From Neoconidiobolus thromboides FSU 785 (Eukaryota > Fungi > Entomophthoromycota), in assembly GCA_025603075.1 (NCBI GenBank), contig MU626470.1, forward strand, positions 1 through 32,686: a stretch of 32,686 nt of DNA, given 5' to 3'. Within the stretch, counting starts at the first letter, position 1. Each line of letters opens with the position of its first letter. Of the stretch, positions 1 to 10,880 are shown one piece after another. A program made the translations under genes and the position numbers. The notes under the pieces are model-generated. The model ran no database searches. It was given only the letters and a program-made list of their open reading frames with translations, and was not told the origin of the DNA.

Positions 1-8
1 TACCTACA

Positions 9-935
9 ATGGTATTAAACTATATAGAAAAAAAAACCAAGAAGCCAATTAGTTCTCTATTTGATATTATTACAGGGACTTCCACTGGAGCTTTATTAGG
101 TGTCGTTTTAAACATTCCTAATGAAAAAGGAAGCAAAGTACCTAAATACAATACTGATGATGCCTTAAATCTATACATGAAAGAATGTCCTGCTCTATTT
201 CAAACGAATCTAATGATCAATCTAAAAAATTTATGGGGTTTAAGAAGCGCACGCTATTCGAGTACAAGTAAGAGAGATTTGATCAATCGCTATTGCCAAG
301 ATTTAAGAATCAATGATTGTTTGAGTGACATTATCATCCCAGCATTTGATATCCGCGAAGGGAAACCTTATTTCTTTAAATCTAAAAATGCAGAGTATCA
401 TGATAAATACAACTACAAATTAGCAGATGTATTAGATGCTACTTCCGCTGCTCCCACTTATTTTAAGCCTTGTAAGGTATCAAATCAAGATGAAAGTGAA
501 GAAAGAGGCTATCGTTTATTTGTCGATGGTGCATTAACCGCCAATTGTCCAGCTTTATGTGCTTTAATTGACAGTATTAAAATGTATGGAAGGGTTCCTA
601 ATGATATTTTTATATTGTCTTTAGGTTGTGGTGATGCTGATATTGGTGTCGATGATACCACTGCAAGTAATTGGGGAGCATTAAATTGGGCACCTTACTT
701 CCCTTCTGCATTGATTAACGGGTCTATGGATACTGTGTCTTATCAAATTGATGATTTATTAAATGACCCTAATTATTATAGGTTTCAAGTTAGAATTCCT
801 TCAAAAAATGCTAATATTGATGATGCTTCTGCTAAGAACTTGGCTTGGTTAAAAGATTGTGGTATGAAATTCGTAAATGACAATACATCTAAATTAGATG
901 AAGTTTGCGAAACATTATTAAATGGGTTTAAATAA
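9..935 (+). CDS. Patatin-like phospholipase, probably 5'-partial (N-terminal glycine-rich motif likely upstream of the window)
   Basis: The ORF has the nucleophile elbow GTSTG, the conserved SAAPTYF motif and a DGA catalytic Asp motif (LFVDGALTANCP). The frame is open back to the window edge (CCT ACA ATG) and the GGGxRG oxyanion motif is absent, so the real start is probably upstream. No intron in ~930 bp. Confidence 0.9.
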   Translation: MVLNYIEKKTKKPISSLFDIITGTSTGALLGVVLNIPNEKGSKVPKYNTDDALNLYMKECPALFQTNLMINLKNLWGLRSARYSSTSKRDLINRYCQDLRINDCLSDIIIPAFDIREGKPYFFKSKNAEYHDKYNYKLADVLDATSAAPTYFKPCKVSNQDESEERGYRLFVDGALTANCPALCALIDSIKMYGRVPNDIFILSLGCGDADIGVDDTTASNWGALNWAPYFPSALINGSMDTVSYQIDDLLNDPNYYRFQVRIPSKNANIDDASAKNLAWLKDCGMKFVNDNTSKLDEVCETLLNGFK

Positions 936-1348
936 AATATATTAATATACGTATGTAATATACTTTGAAGCTATTATAGTAGATTATTCTTTTTTATTTT
1001 AACTATTTAATAAAGGCTAGTATAATATTTTTTATGAACTTCATTTCGCTCAATATTATTTCAAAATATTTAAATCTAATCACACTTGCAAACTGCATTG
1101 AAATAATCACAGACACTTTGGTGCTATGCTAGGTTATTTAGCAAATAGCTCAATAGGTAGTATATTTTTTATAGTAAATATTTTTACTGAGATGCATGCT
1201 TAATCTTATACTACACGTGGTGAAAAATTTATTTCAAAACAATTTCTAACATAGTAAGAGGAATAAACAAACATAAAAAACTTACTGTTAAAACTTTAGA
1301 ATTTAAGTTTGTAGAAAAAATAAATAATAAAGCTTACTACCATCATAT

Positions 1349-1440
1349 GAAGATATTTTTTGGTTTCATTACTTTTTCCATTTTTAAGCGCTATTTGAGC
1401 GGAAAAATAGTAAAATTCTTAAGCACAAAAATATATTCCC
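1349..1440 (+). mobile_element. MITE-like TIR element copy A (92 bp, small internal deletion, degenerate ends). Orientation is arbitrary: + means the copy reads GGGGATGTTTTTTTTGGTTTCATTAC on the + strand
   Basis: GAAGATATTTTTTGGTTTCATTACTTTTTCC...AAAAATATATTCCC; flanks ATAT/ATAC; aligns by eye with 10 other copies. Confidence 0.8.
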
Positions 1441-1581
1441 ATACATCAATATTATTAATATTACCAAAAATTAGCCACATCATTTGATAATAGTTAAAGT
1501 TATACATGTTTTTACATTACTAAAAAAAGTACTAGAAAGCTTAATTAAAAAATATACTACACCTAATAATAGTAAATATAT

Positions 1582-1678
1582 GGGGATGTATTTTTATGTT
1601 TAAGAATTTTACTAATAACTTTTCCACCAAATGGTACTTAAAAATGGAAAAAGTAATGAAGCCAAAAATAACATCTCC
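1582..1678 (-). mobile_element. MITE-like TIR element copy B
   Basis: GGGGATGTATTTTTATGTTTAAGAATTTTAC...AAAATAACATCTCC; flanks ATAT/ATAT; abuts copy C. Confidence 0.85.
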
Positions 1679-1682
1679 ATAT

Positions 1683-1779
1683 GGGGCTGTTTTTTTAGTT
1701 TCATTATTTTTCCATTTTTTAAGCGCTATTTGAGTGGAAAGATTGTAGTAAAATTCTTAAACAAAAAAAACACATCCCC
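1683..1779 (+). mobile_element. MITE-like TIR element copy C
   Basis: GGGGCTGTTTTTTTAGTTTCATTA...AAAACACATCCCC; separated from copy B only by ATAT (1679-1682). Confidence 0.85.
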
Positions 1780-1985
1780 ATTTATTATTTTTACTAAATT
1801 TATTTTCAAGTAAATCCGAGGCTAATTTCAATAGATCAAAGTGCTACTATGCATTTGAACTTTAGTTCAATATAATTACAAATGTTCTATTCTAAGCTTC
1901 AAATGGAAATTATGGTTAAACGAATAATATAAAAACCAAGCAGGCTGAAAATAATAAAATTTTTTATTAAATAAAAATAATTTAA

Positions 1986-3701
1986 ATGAGCAAAAAGACA
2001 ATAGAAAAAGAGATTGCAAAAACAATAATACAGCAACCCAATATCTTGGAAAAATTTCGCCGTATTTTCTATAATCGTCAGTTTGTGACATTAAGAGATC
2101 TACTTTTTATTTTAATTGCATCCAAATATGCCTATAGCTTCTTATTAATACTCTACAGCCGTGGACCTAGCTATTTTGTAAACAAATTTGGTTTATATAC
2201 TAAAAAAGTAATTTGTTTTAAATGGTATTTAACATTTTTAATCATTATTTAGCTGCTTTACAGAATTGCCACCTCTACTCCGTATATTAAAGATAAAGTT
2301 AAGAATGAGCTTGATAAAGCTATTTCTCAAATCAGTGAATCAGCTGAAACAGTACCAGAAGGGCAAATATGGTATAATAAGCTCCCAATCGAAGGTATGG
2401 AAGAAGAAAAGCTGATTTCTTTGTTAAGAGACCTTGAAAAGCTAGGGGATAAGACTTGGGAAATTGGATTAACTTCAGGCTCAGTTTATAGAGCTAAAGG
2501 TGAAGATGATGAAAATATCTTAAAAGAAGTAATTCATTTATATGGTTTAAGTAATATATTACATCCCGAAATGTTTCCTGCAATAAACAAAATGGAAAGA
2601 GAGATTGTGTCAATGGTATTAGATATGTATAATGCTCCTAAAGGTGCTGCTGGATGCTTCAGTATGGGTGGTACCGAGAGTATCTTGTTAGCTTGTAGAA
2701 CTTATAAACAGTACGGCTATAAGGTCAAAGGAATAAGCAAACCAGAGATGATTGTACCTATTACCGCACATGCTGCTTTTGATAAAGCTAGCGAATATTT
2801 TGGAATTGAGTTGATACATGTACCAGTAGATGAAAACTATCAAGTTGATCTTAAAGCAGTAAAGCGTTTAATTAATTCCAACACCATCATGTTAGTGGGC
2901 TCTTGCATGAATTATCCAAATGGTATGATTGATAATATTGAGGGCTTATCAAAGTTAGCCAAAAAGTATAATATTGGGCTTCATGTAGATTGCTGCTTAG
3001 GCGGATTTTTGGTCCCATTTATGGAAGAGGCTGGATTCAATTTGCCACTTTTTGATTTTAGATTGGAAGGTGTGACCTCGATATCTTGTGATACGCATAA
3101 GTATGGATGTACTATTAAGGGATCCTCAGTAGTTTTATATAGAAGTGCCGAACTTTTCTCTCATCAGTTCTCTATATATCCTGAATGGACTGGTGGGATT
3201 TATGCAACTCACTCGATCCAAGGTTCTAGACCAGGTATTTTAGTTGCAGCTTGTTGGGCAGCATTAATGTCTCGTGGAAGGAACTTTTATGTAAAGCAAG
3301 CTAGGGAAGTAGTTGAAACTGCAATGATTATTAAAAAAAAGTCCAGTGACCTTCCTTTAATTAAAATAATGGGAAATCCTTTAGTCTCGGTAGTAGCATT
3401 TGAGGCTCGCGACTCAGGAATTAATCCACTTATCATTGCTGATGCAATGCAAGAGAAAGGATGGACATTAAATAAGCTGCAAAATCCCACTGCATTTCAC
3501 TTAGCATGCACTGCTAGGACAATCGGAAAGGCAGACAAATTTATTGAAGACTTAAAAGATAGTATAGAAGAAGTTAAAAACAATTCTAAGCTTTTTAGTA
3601 GCTCAACAACCCAGCTTTATGGCTCAAAAACTAAGTTAGAAGGTACTGGTGTATCTGATCAACTTATTTCTGCATACTTAATTGGTCTATTAAAAGTATA
3701 A
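1986..3701 (+). CDS. DPL1: Sphingosine-1-phosphate lyase (PLP-dependent), 2 exons, about 556 aa
   Basis: Exon 1986-2207, GT-AG intron 2208-2252, exon 2253-3701 in frame. N-terminal hydrophobic anchor; motifs SNILHPEMFP, GGTESILLA, AHAAFDKA, HVDCCLGGF, SCDTHKYG (PLP lysine) and GSRPG. Confidence 0.93.
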
Positions 3702-3898
3702 AATTTAATGTTTATATATGAAGGATATTTGAAATTAGAAACACAATTTATGATCTAAAAATAATTTATTTTATGTTTAAATTAATGAGTATAATAAACC
3801 ATTCAAATAACAGATACTTTTAATATTTTTATTATAAACTAATAAATGTACATGATAAAACAAGTCATGAAATGCGGTTGATGCTTCGATAAGATACT

Positions 3899-4074
3899 CT
3901 AAAATAAAAAATGTTAATGTCTTATACTAAAATAACTTCATATTATATGATTGATATCAGGCCACCTTTGCGTATATTTAGTGGCGCGAAAGTTTATCAA
4001 CAAAGTTTGAATCTGACTGGTGCCAGCTGGAGATCATCACTTTATAAAAAATAAAAATAAAGATAAATACTTAC
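3899..4074 (-). other. Putative snoRNA-hosting intron (176 nt) in a non-coding transcript or MTD1 3' extension
   Basis: On the minus strand, a GTAAGT donor starts at 4074; a TTAAC branch-like motif, a T-tract and an AG acceptor (3900-3899) follow. These bracket the snoRNA. Confidence 0.6.
3955..4043 (-). ncRNA. Box C/D snoRNA, predicted guide for 2'-O-methylation of the 18S rRNA G equivalent to S. cerevisiae G562
   Basis: Minus strand: box C GTGATGA (4040-4034), 11-nt guide GCTGGCACCAG (4027-4017), D'-like CAGA (4015-4012), internal GCCAC/GTGGC stem, box D CTGA (3960-3957). The guide is the perfect complement of the conserved SSU rRNA sequence CUGGUGCCAGC, and the +5 rule from D' selects the second G of CUGG. 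Confidence 0.8.
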
Positions 4075-4528
4075 AAATTATACAACAGAAGTAAAAAATG
4101 AATTATTAATTTCTTTTCATTTTTATAACCCATGTACGTAGATGTATTTTTAGTCCAATTAGATACCTATCTTTAACAGAGCTGAAAATTTTTTCATAAA
4201 TTTTGATTGGTTTAAAACTGGAAAAGTATTTTAAGATACAGGTTTTGAAGTTGCATAATTTGAAGTCTACTTTAGCTATGGACTATGGTATACAAAAATA
4301 AATGGTTTAGTAAATATTGTGAATTTTTTTATAACTATAACAATAAAAATGGATATTAAAGTATCAAATACGAGAAAGCCTAAACTTTTTAAAGATTAAT
4401 TAATTCAAAAATATTTGTATAAATTAAAAAACCTTAATAATCTAGCATTTTATAATAATTATAATTAAAAACAATACTAAAGATGAGTTCAATCAATTTT
4501 ATTATATTGATAATTGCGATTCTATACT

Positions 4529-5644
4529 CTATGGTTGGCTATAATATTCATGTAAACGTAGAAGATTACGTTCCAACATAGCAATTGTAACTTTTCCAAC
4601 AGATGGAACAAAAATTGAGGCACGCTCTAAAACATCTTCCTCGAAATTTTTAGCTGATGAAAAATTTACACAAATAGCCCCCTCTTTCAAAAGCTTAGTG
4701 GATAATTTATAATTTGGGCTGGGTACTCCAGTAATAACAACATCTGACATTGGGACAACATCTTCAAGTTTTAATTTGGTATCTTGGACCTAATAAAAGT
4801 TAGACTTTTACTTTGTAAAATCTATAAAAAGTTTACTTTATGTGATGAAAGTTTTAATCCATCTCCACGTGAGAATTCTAAAATGTCATTGATATCAACT
4901 GAATATACCTTAGCACCATCATTAGCAAGTAAAGCAGCTAAAGGACGCCCAACAACTTCACTTCTATTAATGACTGTAATGGTTTTTCCATGCAATCTAT
5001 TTCCATAATTTAATATTTTGTTATATGCTCCAATATGTTCTAAAACCTAATTGTATGATTAAAATGCTATAAAAGATACTAAAAGTCCTACTTTAACAAC
5101 AGCCAATGGAGTACATGGGATAATGCACTTGCGTTCATTGGTGGGTTCATCCAAAAAACGGACATTATGATACATATTATATACATATTTAAAGCATAAT
5201 CCTTCAACGTCTTTCTTTTCAGATACGCAACTTTGTAAATATTGATCCTAAGCGGCTAATTTTAAAAAATCATATTATTAAGAGTAAAATTACTTGTCTG
5301 TCACCAAATACAGGATAATAAATAATTATACCATGAACCTGATTATCTTGATTAGCTTTAGTGACCTCTTCTTCTAAAACTTTACGATCAACTTGGCGCA
5401 ACTCAAATTTAAGACCAGTTTCAGAACAAGTTTTAGCAGTCCAATCCGCATACATTTTAGCAGCTGGATCTGAATTAGCTAAAAAACCAACTAATTTTGG
5501 AGAAATATTTTTAGTGGTAACAGTATTTTTGATTTCGTCTCTATTATGATAATATATTAGCTTCTTCGATAATAAAGGGACAGCTTTATTCTATTACCTA
5601 AATGGAGCAGCAATTTTTGAAGCAAGTACTTTTTGTCCAGCCAT
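4529..5644 (-). CDS. MTD1: NAD-dependent 5,10-methylenetetrahydrofolate dehydrogenase, 4 introns
   Basis: Spliced protein starts MAGQKVLASKIAAPFR|DEIK...PKLVGFLANSDPAAKMYADWTAKT, contains IIPCTPLAVVK, NRSEVVGRPLAALLANDGAKVYSVD and SDVVITGVPSP, and ends VGKVTIAMLERNLLRL...YSQP*. Confidence 0.92.
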
Positions 5645-6326
5645 TCTTTGTAGTTTTAAAAAAGATACCGAAAAAATTTAACTTACTAAAATTTAAGTTT
5701 AAATCAATCCAATTAAATTTGTTTTTTAGTATATTTCATGCCCTTTAATAATCTACTAAATAGAAAAAACAAAGAATATTTAAGTGAAAATGTTTTTTTG
5801 ATTGGTATTTTGATCACCTTTTAAGGAACTTAATATTTGAATTACTACCTGAGTATTTTTTTAAAGTATTCTCATATTATAATAATAACTTCTATTTTAA
5901 ATAATATTTATTTTATGAATTTTACTTACACATCAGTCGTCAATTGCTAAATTTTGTTAAACAATCCAAATGATAAAATGTGTCAATATATTAATAAGTT
6001 TGTTAGAATATTTAATTAGCAACTCTTAATTATACTAATAAAATCCATGTTAATAGCTGTATAATATCTAGCAAAGCTCTTTTATAAAGTATACGATAAT
6101 ATACAGTTGATATATATTGTAGATTAAACCATAGAGCTGGAATACGTGAATCAAATATTAATGAAAATAAGTAGTAGTTTAACTTTATATTTTATCAATA
6201 TCATGATAATATTATTAACTATCAGTTAAGCGAATATTAAATATCACTTTATTTAGATAATCATTTCAATATTAAAAATGAATTATAGCGCTCATAAATA
6301 AGAAATCATGTCAATATTAAGATACT

Positions 6327-6476
6327 TTAAGGTAGACGGCGAGCTCTAGAGGAAGAAGTGGCGCCTACATCTTCTGGTTTAATAGGCTCTAAACTTGGCA
6401 TGGCTACAGTAAAGCTAATAAAGCTAATAAAGCTAATAAAGCATACCGCAAAAAAATAACCCGTAGTGAATTTCAT
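6327..6476 (-). CDS. Candidate 49-aa secreted micropeptide (below the ORF-track cutoff)
   Basis: The ATG..TAA ORF encodes MKFTTGYFFAVCFISFISFISFTVA-MPSLEPIKPEDVGATSSSRARRLP*. It has signal-peptide-like N-terminal architecture and a multibasic RARR site, and is visibly GC-richer than its flanks. Confidence 0.5.
   Translation of the reverse strand: MKFTTGYFFAVCFISFISFISFTVAMPSLEPIKPEDVGATSSSRARRLP
6411..6442. repeat. 9-bp tandem repeat (AAAGCTAAT)x3 plus a partial unit
   Basis: Seen directly; encodes the F-I-S x3 hydrophobic core of the small minus-strand ORF. Confidence 0.85.
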
Positions 6477-7185
6477 ATTAAATTAAAAGAATTAAAGAGA
6501 TAAAAGGGTAATAAAAAAACTTAAATTTTTAATAAGTTTCAACTTATTTTTATACTCATGTTTATGTTGATAACTTATTTTCGTTGAATGCTCATATACT
6601 TATTTATATTATATTATACTAACGGTTAGTTACTGAATGCTTTCTCTTTCCATTTAACGTTAAATAGCAACAAAAACCACTAATAAAAGAAGATTAGCCT
6701 GCAAAAATAAATCATAACTTTAAGCAAATATTTACTTATTAGTAATAAAAATAGAAAATTCTTATAAAGTAATCAAACTCATGGATATTATTTAATAAAA
6801 TTAAATCTTTTTATATATGTAAACTTGGAAGTTAACATTGTAATGATATTTATAAATTTAGTTTTAAAGTTTTAAAGTTTTAAGCTAGTGTATATTTCAA
6901 TGTCCTTTACTGTTATGAGAACACTAATATTTTATAATTATAACATAAATAATAAAAATATTTAAAAATATTATTATTTATTAAATATCTAAACAATAAA
7001 TTAAAATGTTCAATGTTTTATATTAAATTTAACTCCATTAAATGATGATAATATTATCATAGTAAAACTGTTATTTATTTTTGATTGTCTATAATTAAAA
7101 TTTATAAACCTTAGAAATTTTTGCACTAACTGCTAATTTTACTTGCTCACTTGTATGTATAATAAATTTTTTTATTTAATTGTAT

Positions 7186-7281
7186 GGGGATGTATTTTGT
7201 ATTTAATAATTTACTAACAATTTTTCTACTCAAATAGCGCTTAAAAGATGGAAAAAGTATGAAGCCAAAAAAAACATTCCC
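7186..7281 (-). mobile_element. MITE-like TIR element copy D
   Basis: GGGGATGTATTTTGTATTTAATAATTTACT...AAAAAACATTCCC; flanks GTAT/GTAT. Confidence 0.85.
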
Positions 7282-7384
7282 GTATATTGGATTTTTTGTG
7301 AAAGTCAGCAACTTTATTTGCTTACATAGAGCTATTGTATAAATACCACCACTTATTCATTTGTATTTTTTTGAGTAAATAGTA

Positions 7385-7700
7385 TTTAATTTATCCTTTT
7401 CTAGATTAATTAATATTGTTTTTCCATTTCCTGAACCGATATATTGAAGCCTACCTGGTGAAATAGTTTTAAATAGAGTAAATCATATTTCAAACTTTTT
7501 ATACTCATCAGCAAATCTTTTAGAAAAATTCCATAGCTATTGACATTAGTTGTGTGTCGTAGTTCATGTCTAGCCATATCTCAACTTTCTTTATCATTAA
7601 AAACGATAATATCAGTCCAATTTATATATTCTAACAATTAATAAATTTGTTAAGTCAGCCTTATGTAAAAACCGCAAATCCACTTGTTACATTAGTTGGA
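7385..7700 (-). pseudogene. Possible degraded coding relic with a Walker-A-like motif
   Basis: One minus frame reads LWNFSKRFADEYKKFEI*FTLFKTISPGRLQYIGSGNGKTILINLEK. Multiple stops and apparent frameshifts; family not identifiable by eye. Confidence 0.2.
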
Positions 7701-7710
7701 ATAAATATAT

Positions 7711-7809
7711 AAGGATGTTTTTTTGATTTCATTACTTTTTCCATTTTTTAAGCACTATTGAGCGGAAAAATTGTTAGTAAAATTCTTGAACAAAAAAAAA
7801 TACATCCAC
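7711..7809 (+). mobile_element. MITE-like TIR element copy E
   Basis: AAGGATGTTTTTTTGATTTCATTAC...AAAATACATCCAC; flanks ATAT/ATAT. Confidence 0.85.
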
Positions 7810-8925
7810 ATATCGTGGTTTAATTCACTAATCATACAGTTTCTATAGACATTGTTAATACTACCAAAACTCTACCATTATGTGATACTGAAAATCGATA
7901 ACAAAAGCTATTCGATAAGTATAACTAAGTAAGACAAAAGTTTTATAAGCTTTAAAACACAAAGTATTTTATAATAAAAGTTATAAACTTTATTATTTAA
8001 ATGAAGTTTGACTATTATACGCTGGGCCAATAATAAAAAATGAGTAATTTTTTAATTCTTATTTGTTTGAAAAAAATAAAACTTGATGGAAAGAGTAGAA
8101 ATAAAAATCACTAAAAGGGAGCCATTTACAATAGCTTTTAATATGTTAAATAAAGACAATGCAGACAAAAAATTATCGGTAAAGACTCTGAGCATTTTTA
8201 GCTCTGTAAAAAATCTGAAAGCCATTTGTTTTAGTGCTATTGACTATTAACTCCATAAAAAGATCCAAATCCCGTTTCTGGGATGTTTCTAGGTTATAAC
8301 AAATTACTTCACATTTAGAACATATTATATAAGCGTTTTATTTTTTGTAATATTATATACGCCAAAGTTAGATAGATATGTAACCCAATTAAGTCAAAAT
8401 CCTAACCTCAACCACAATAATAGCCTAGCTTTTACCTTTGCTCTTCTGCTTTCTTATAAACTTTTATTGTTATAAACATACCAAATCTCTCGTGCAATCA
8501 AGGATCAAAAAAAGTAATATGACCAAATATAGTAAGTTTAATTAAAATTTAAAAAGTTAATATTTCTAAATCTGTACAAATAGAATATTTATAAAAATTG
8601 TATAGGTAAATAAACGTTTGTAAATAGTGTACTTGTAAAGAAAAAATATTTATATATGATAGGATAAATAAATAAATTGTTAAGCAAGAGGATTATGCAT
8701 AGAAAAACTGAACTAAAATAATTTATAAATATGACCAAATCCATTCTCAATTTATTCAAGTATAAAAAGCTATAAATTAAATGTTCTATACAAATGGAAA
8801 TTTGTACACATTTACATTAAGAGGTGAAACAGTAATGACTAAAAAACTTATGGTATTTGGTTAACTGAACACTCGAAAAAAGATACATTAAAATAATAAA
8901 ATAACAAAATCTGTGTTAAAGATAT

Positions 8926-9023
8926 GAGGATGTATTTTTGTGTTTAAGAATTTTACTAACAAATTTTCCACTCAAATAGTGCTTAAAAAATGGAAAAATA
9001 ATGAAATCAAAAAAAACAGCCCC
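8926..9023 (-). mobile_element. MITE-like TIR element copy F
   Basis: GAGGATGTATTTTTGTGTTTAAG...AAAAACAGCCCC; flanks ATAT/ATAT. Confidence 0.87.
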
Positions 9024-9981
9024 ATATATTATAAGAAGCAATGTCAACTATTTTGAAACTAACCCAATACTTGCTACAAAAAATACTATTTAAATTAGAT
9101 TTTCAATTCTAATAAATATTAAAACTTGACTACTTATATATCATATCAGAATATAGTATAGTTAATAAAAAGTCCGTCGGATTTCTTTGAAATGATTTTA
9201 AGAGATATTAGTAATATTTTAATATCAATATCTAAATAAAAGATCAGATTATATGAATTGTACTTTTATTTTAAATAAATTTAACTTATAGCTAGCAAGT
9301 ATTTCAATAAGTACTTTACAAATGTGCTGATATTTTTTACAATTTTTTTTGGACTCTTCAAAAAGTATAGGTTCCCAAACCACTATTTTATTTGAATGTA
9401 TAGATTAAATGAAAGAATGGAGTGGCTAGTATATAAGAGTCTTCCAGCCTTTCTTATTACGATTAAATTTAATTAATTTTGTAATTGATACAAACTTTAA
9501 TTTGGAACACAATATTAAAAGGATGATGGTAATTTTGATTCATGAATTAATTTTATCAAAATTGATACTAAAAATAATATTTCCCGCTTTTTGAAGCATC
9601 TATATAGAAAATAACACCAGATTTCTGTCTTTGACCTCTCACACTCCAAAGAAAGGTTTTAACTTTCGGATATCTACCTTTACTAATCTCACCCTATTTC
9701 TATACTTCACTCCGTTTACCCATATAGCTTTATTTTATATTTACTTTTTACAATCTTAGATAAGATATTTGGAGGTTTGTGTACTTTCAATAGCAGAAAA
9801 AAGTAATATCTTCTTTAAGTTATAATTATTGAGTTTACTAAAATTAGCCCTCCTGAGAATTATAAAGAAAAAAGTTTACTAAAAGTAGCTTTGAAAAATT
9901 CAAGGGAACCTCCAAAAGAACTATAAATCTGAGTTTAATACTCTTTTGTCTTTTGTCTTTTGTCTAATTAGATATCAAAAA

Positions 9982-10880
9982 ATGAAATTCAATTTATTCT
10001 CTACTGTTACAATATTATTTTCCAGCTTGTGTTTAGCTGAAGTGAACATGAACTTTACCAGTTGCGTTTATTTTGATATTAAATTAAGAGATAAAAATCT
10101 TGGTAGAGTTGTATTCGGTCTTTATGGTAATGTAGTACCAAAAACAGGTAATTTATTCATAATTTTATATTATTCTATACTAACTTTATTTTAGCGGAAA
10201 ACTTCCGAGCATTAGCTACTGGAGAAGTAAATATTGGTCATAGTACACAATAATTAATATACTAAGTAAAAATTAGTTAGGTTATGGTTTCAAAGGGAGT
10301 TTGTTTTTTAGAGTGGTCAAAGTAAACTAGTCATACTAATTTTATATAAATATTAAAGTTTAAATCTAATAGGACTTTATGATTGAAGGAGGTGATTTTA
10401 CACTCAATAATGGAAATGGTGGTCATTCTATCTATGGTGCTGACTTTGAAGATGAAAATTTTACTATTAAACATAGTTATGGTACTTTAAGTATGGCTAA
10501 TGATGGCCCAAATTCTAATGGTTCTCAGGTATTACTTTTTTAGTTGTTTAGATAATTTAATCAATTGTTAGTTCTTTATCACTACAGTTGATATTCATCG
10601 TTTAGATGGGAAATATGTTGGTAAGTGAAATGGATTATAATAACAATATAAGGTTATATTTATTTGTATTTAGCATTTGGTCGTGTACTTAAAGGAATGA
10701 ATATTGTGCATCAAATTGAGGATGAAAAGACAGATGAAGGTAATAGTATAACTATTACTGCTTGTATTAAATTTAAAATATTTTTATTTAGATGAAAGAC
10801 CATTTGAACTTGCTCAAATTACTGACTCTGGAGTACTTAAATTTAATGGAAAATGTAAAAATAGTTATAACCAATACTAA
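9982..10880 (+). CDS. Secretory cyclophilin (cyclophilin B-like) paralog 1, 7 exons, divergent active site
   Basis: Exons 9982-10147, 10195-10226, 10277-10321, 10373-10528, 10572-10620, 10674-10739 and 10792-10880 splice in frame. Signal peptide MKFNLF...CLA; motifs [50 protein letters not shown]. Confidence 0.88.

Noticed and set aside
1631-1813. Short ORFs sharing FPFFKRYLSGKIVVK-like text (also 21448-21645, 31445-31630, 31514-31729, 31942-32157)
   Set aside because: They are chance translations through MITE copies, not a protein family; starts and stops differ between copies.
8016-8040. TATACGCTGGGCCAATAATA resembling a Tc1/mariner end
   Set aside because: No matching inverted partner or transposase was found in the window.
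9540-9720. Minus-strand text GRYPKVKTFLWSVRGQRQKSGVI / MLQKAG, reminiscent of a pogo/CENP-B helix-turn-helix
   Set aside because: It needs a frameshift and stops, the alignment is loose, and there is no convincing DDE domain. A translated HMM search would be needed to revive it.
9768-9916. 10-bp inverted repeat TTTGGAGGTT...AACCTCCAAA upstream of cyclophilin paralog 1
   Set aside because: Single occurrence, no target-site duplication, and short enough to arise by chance.
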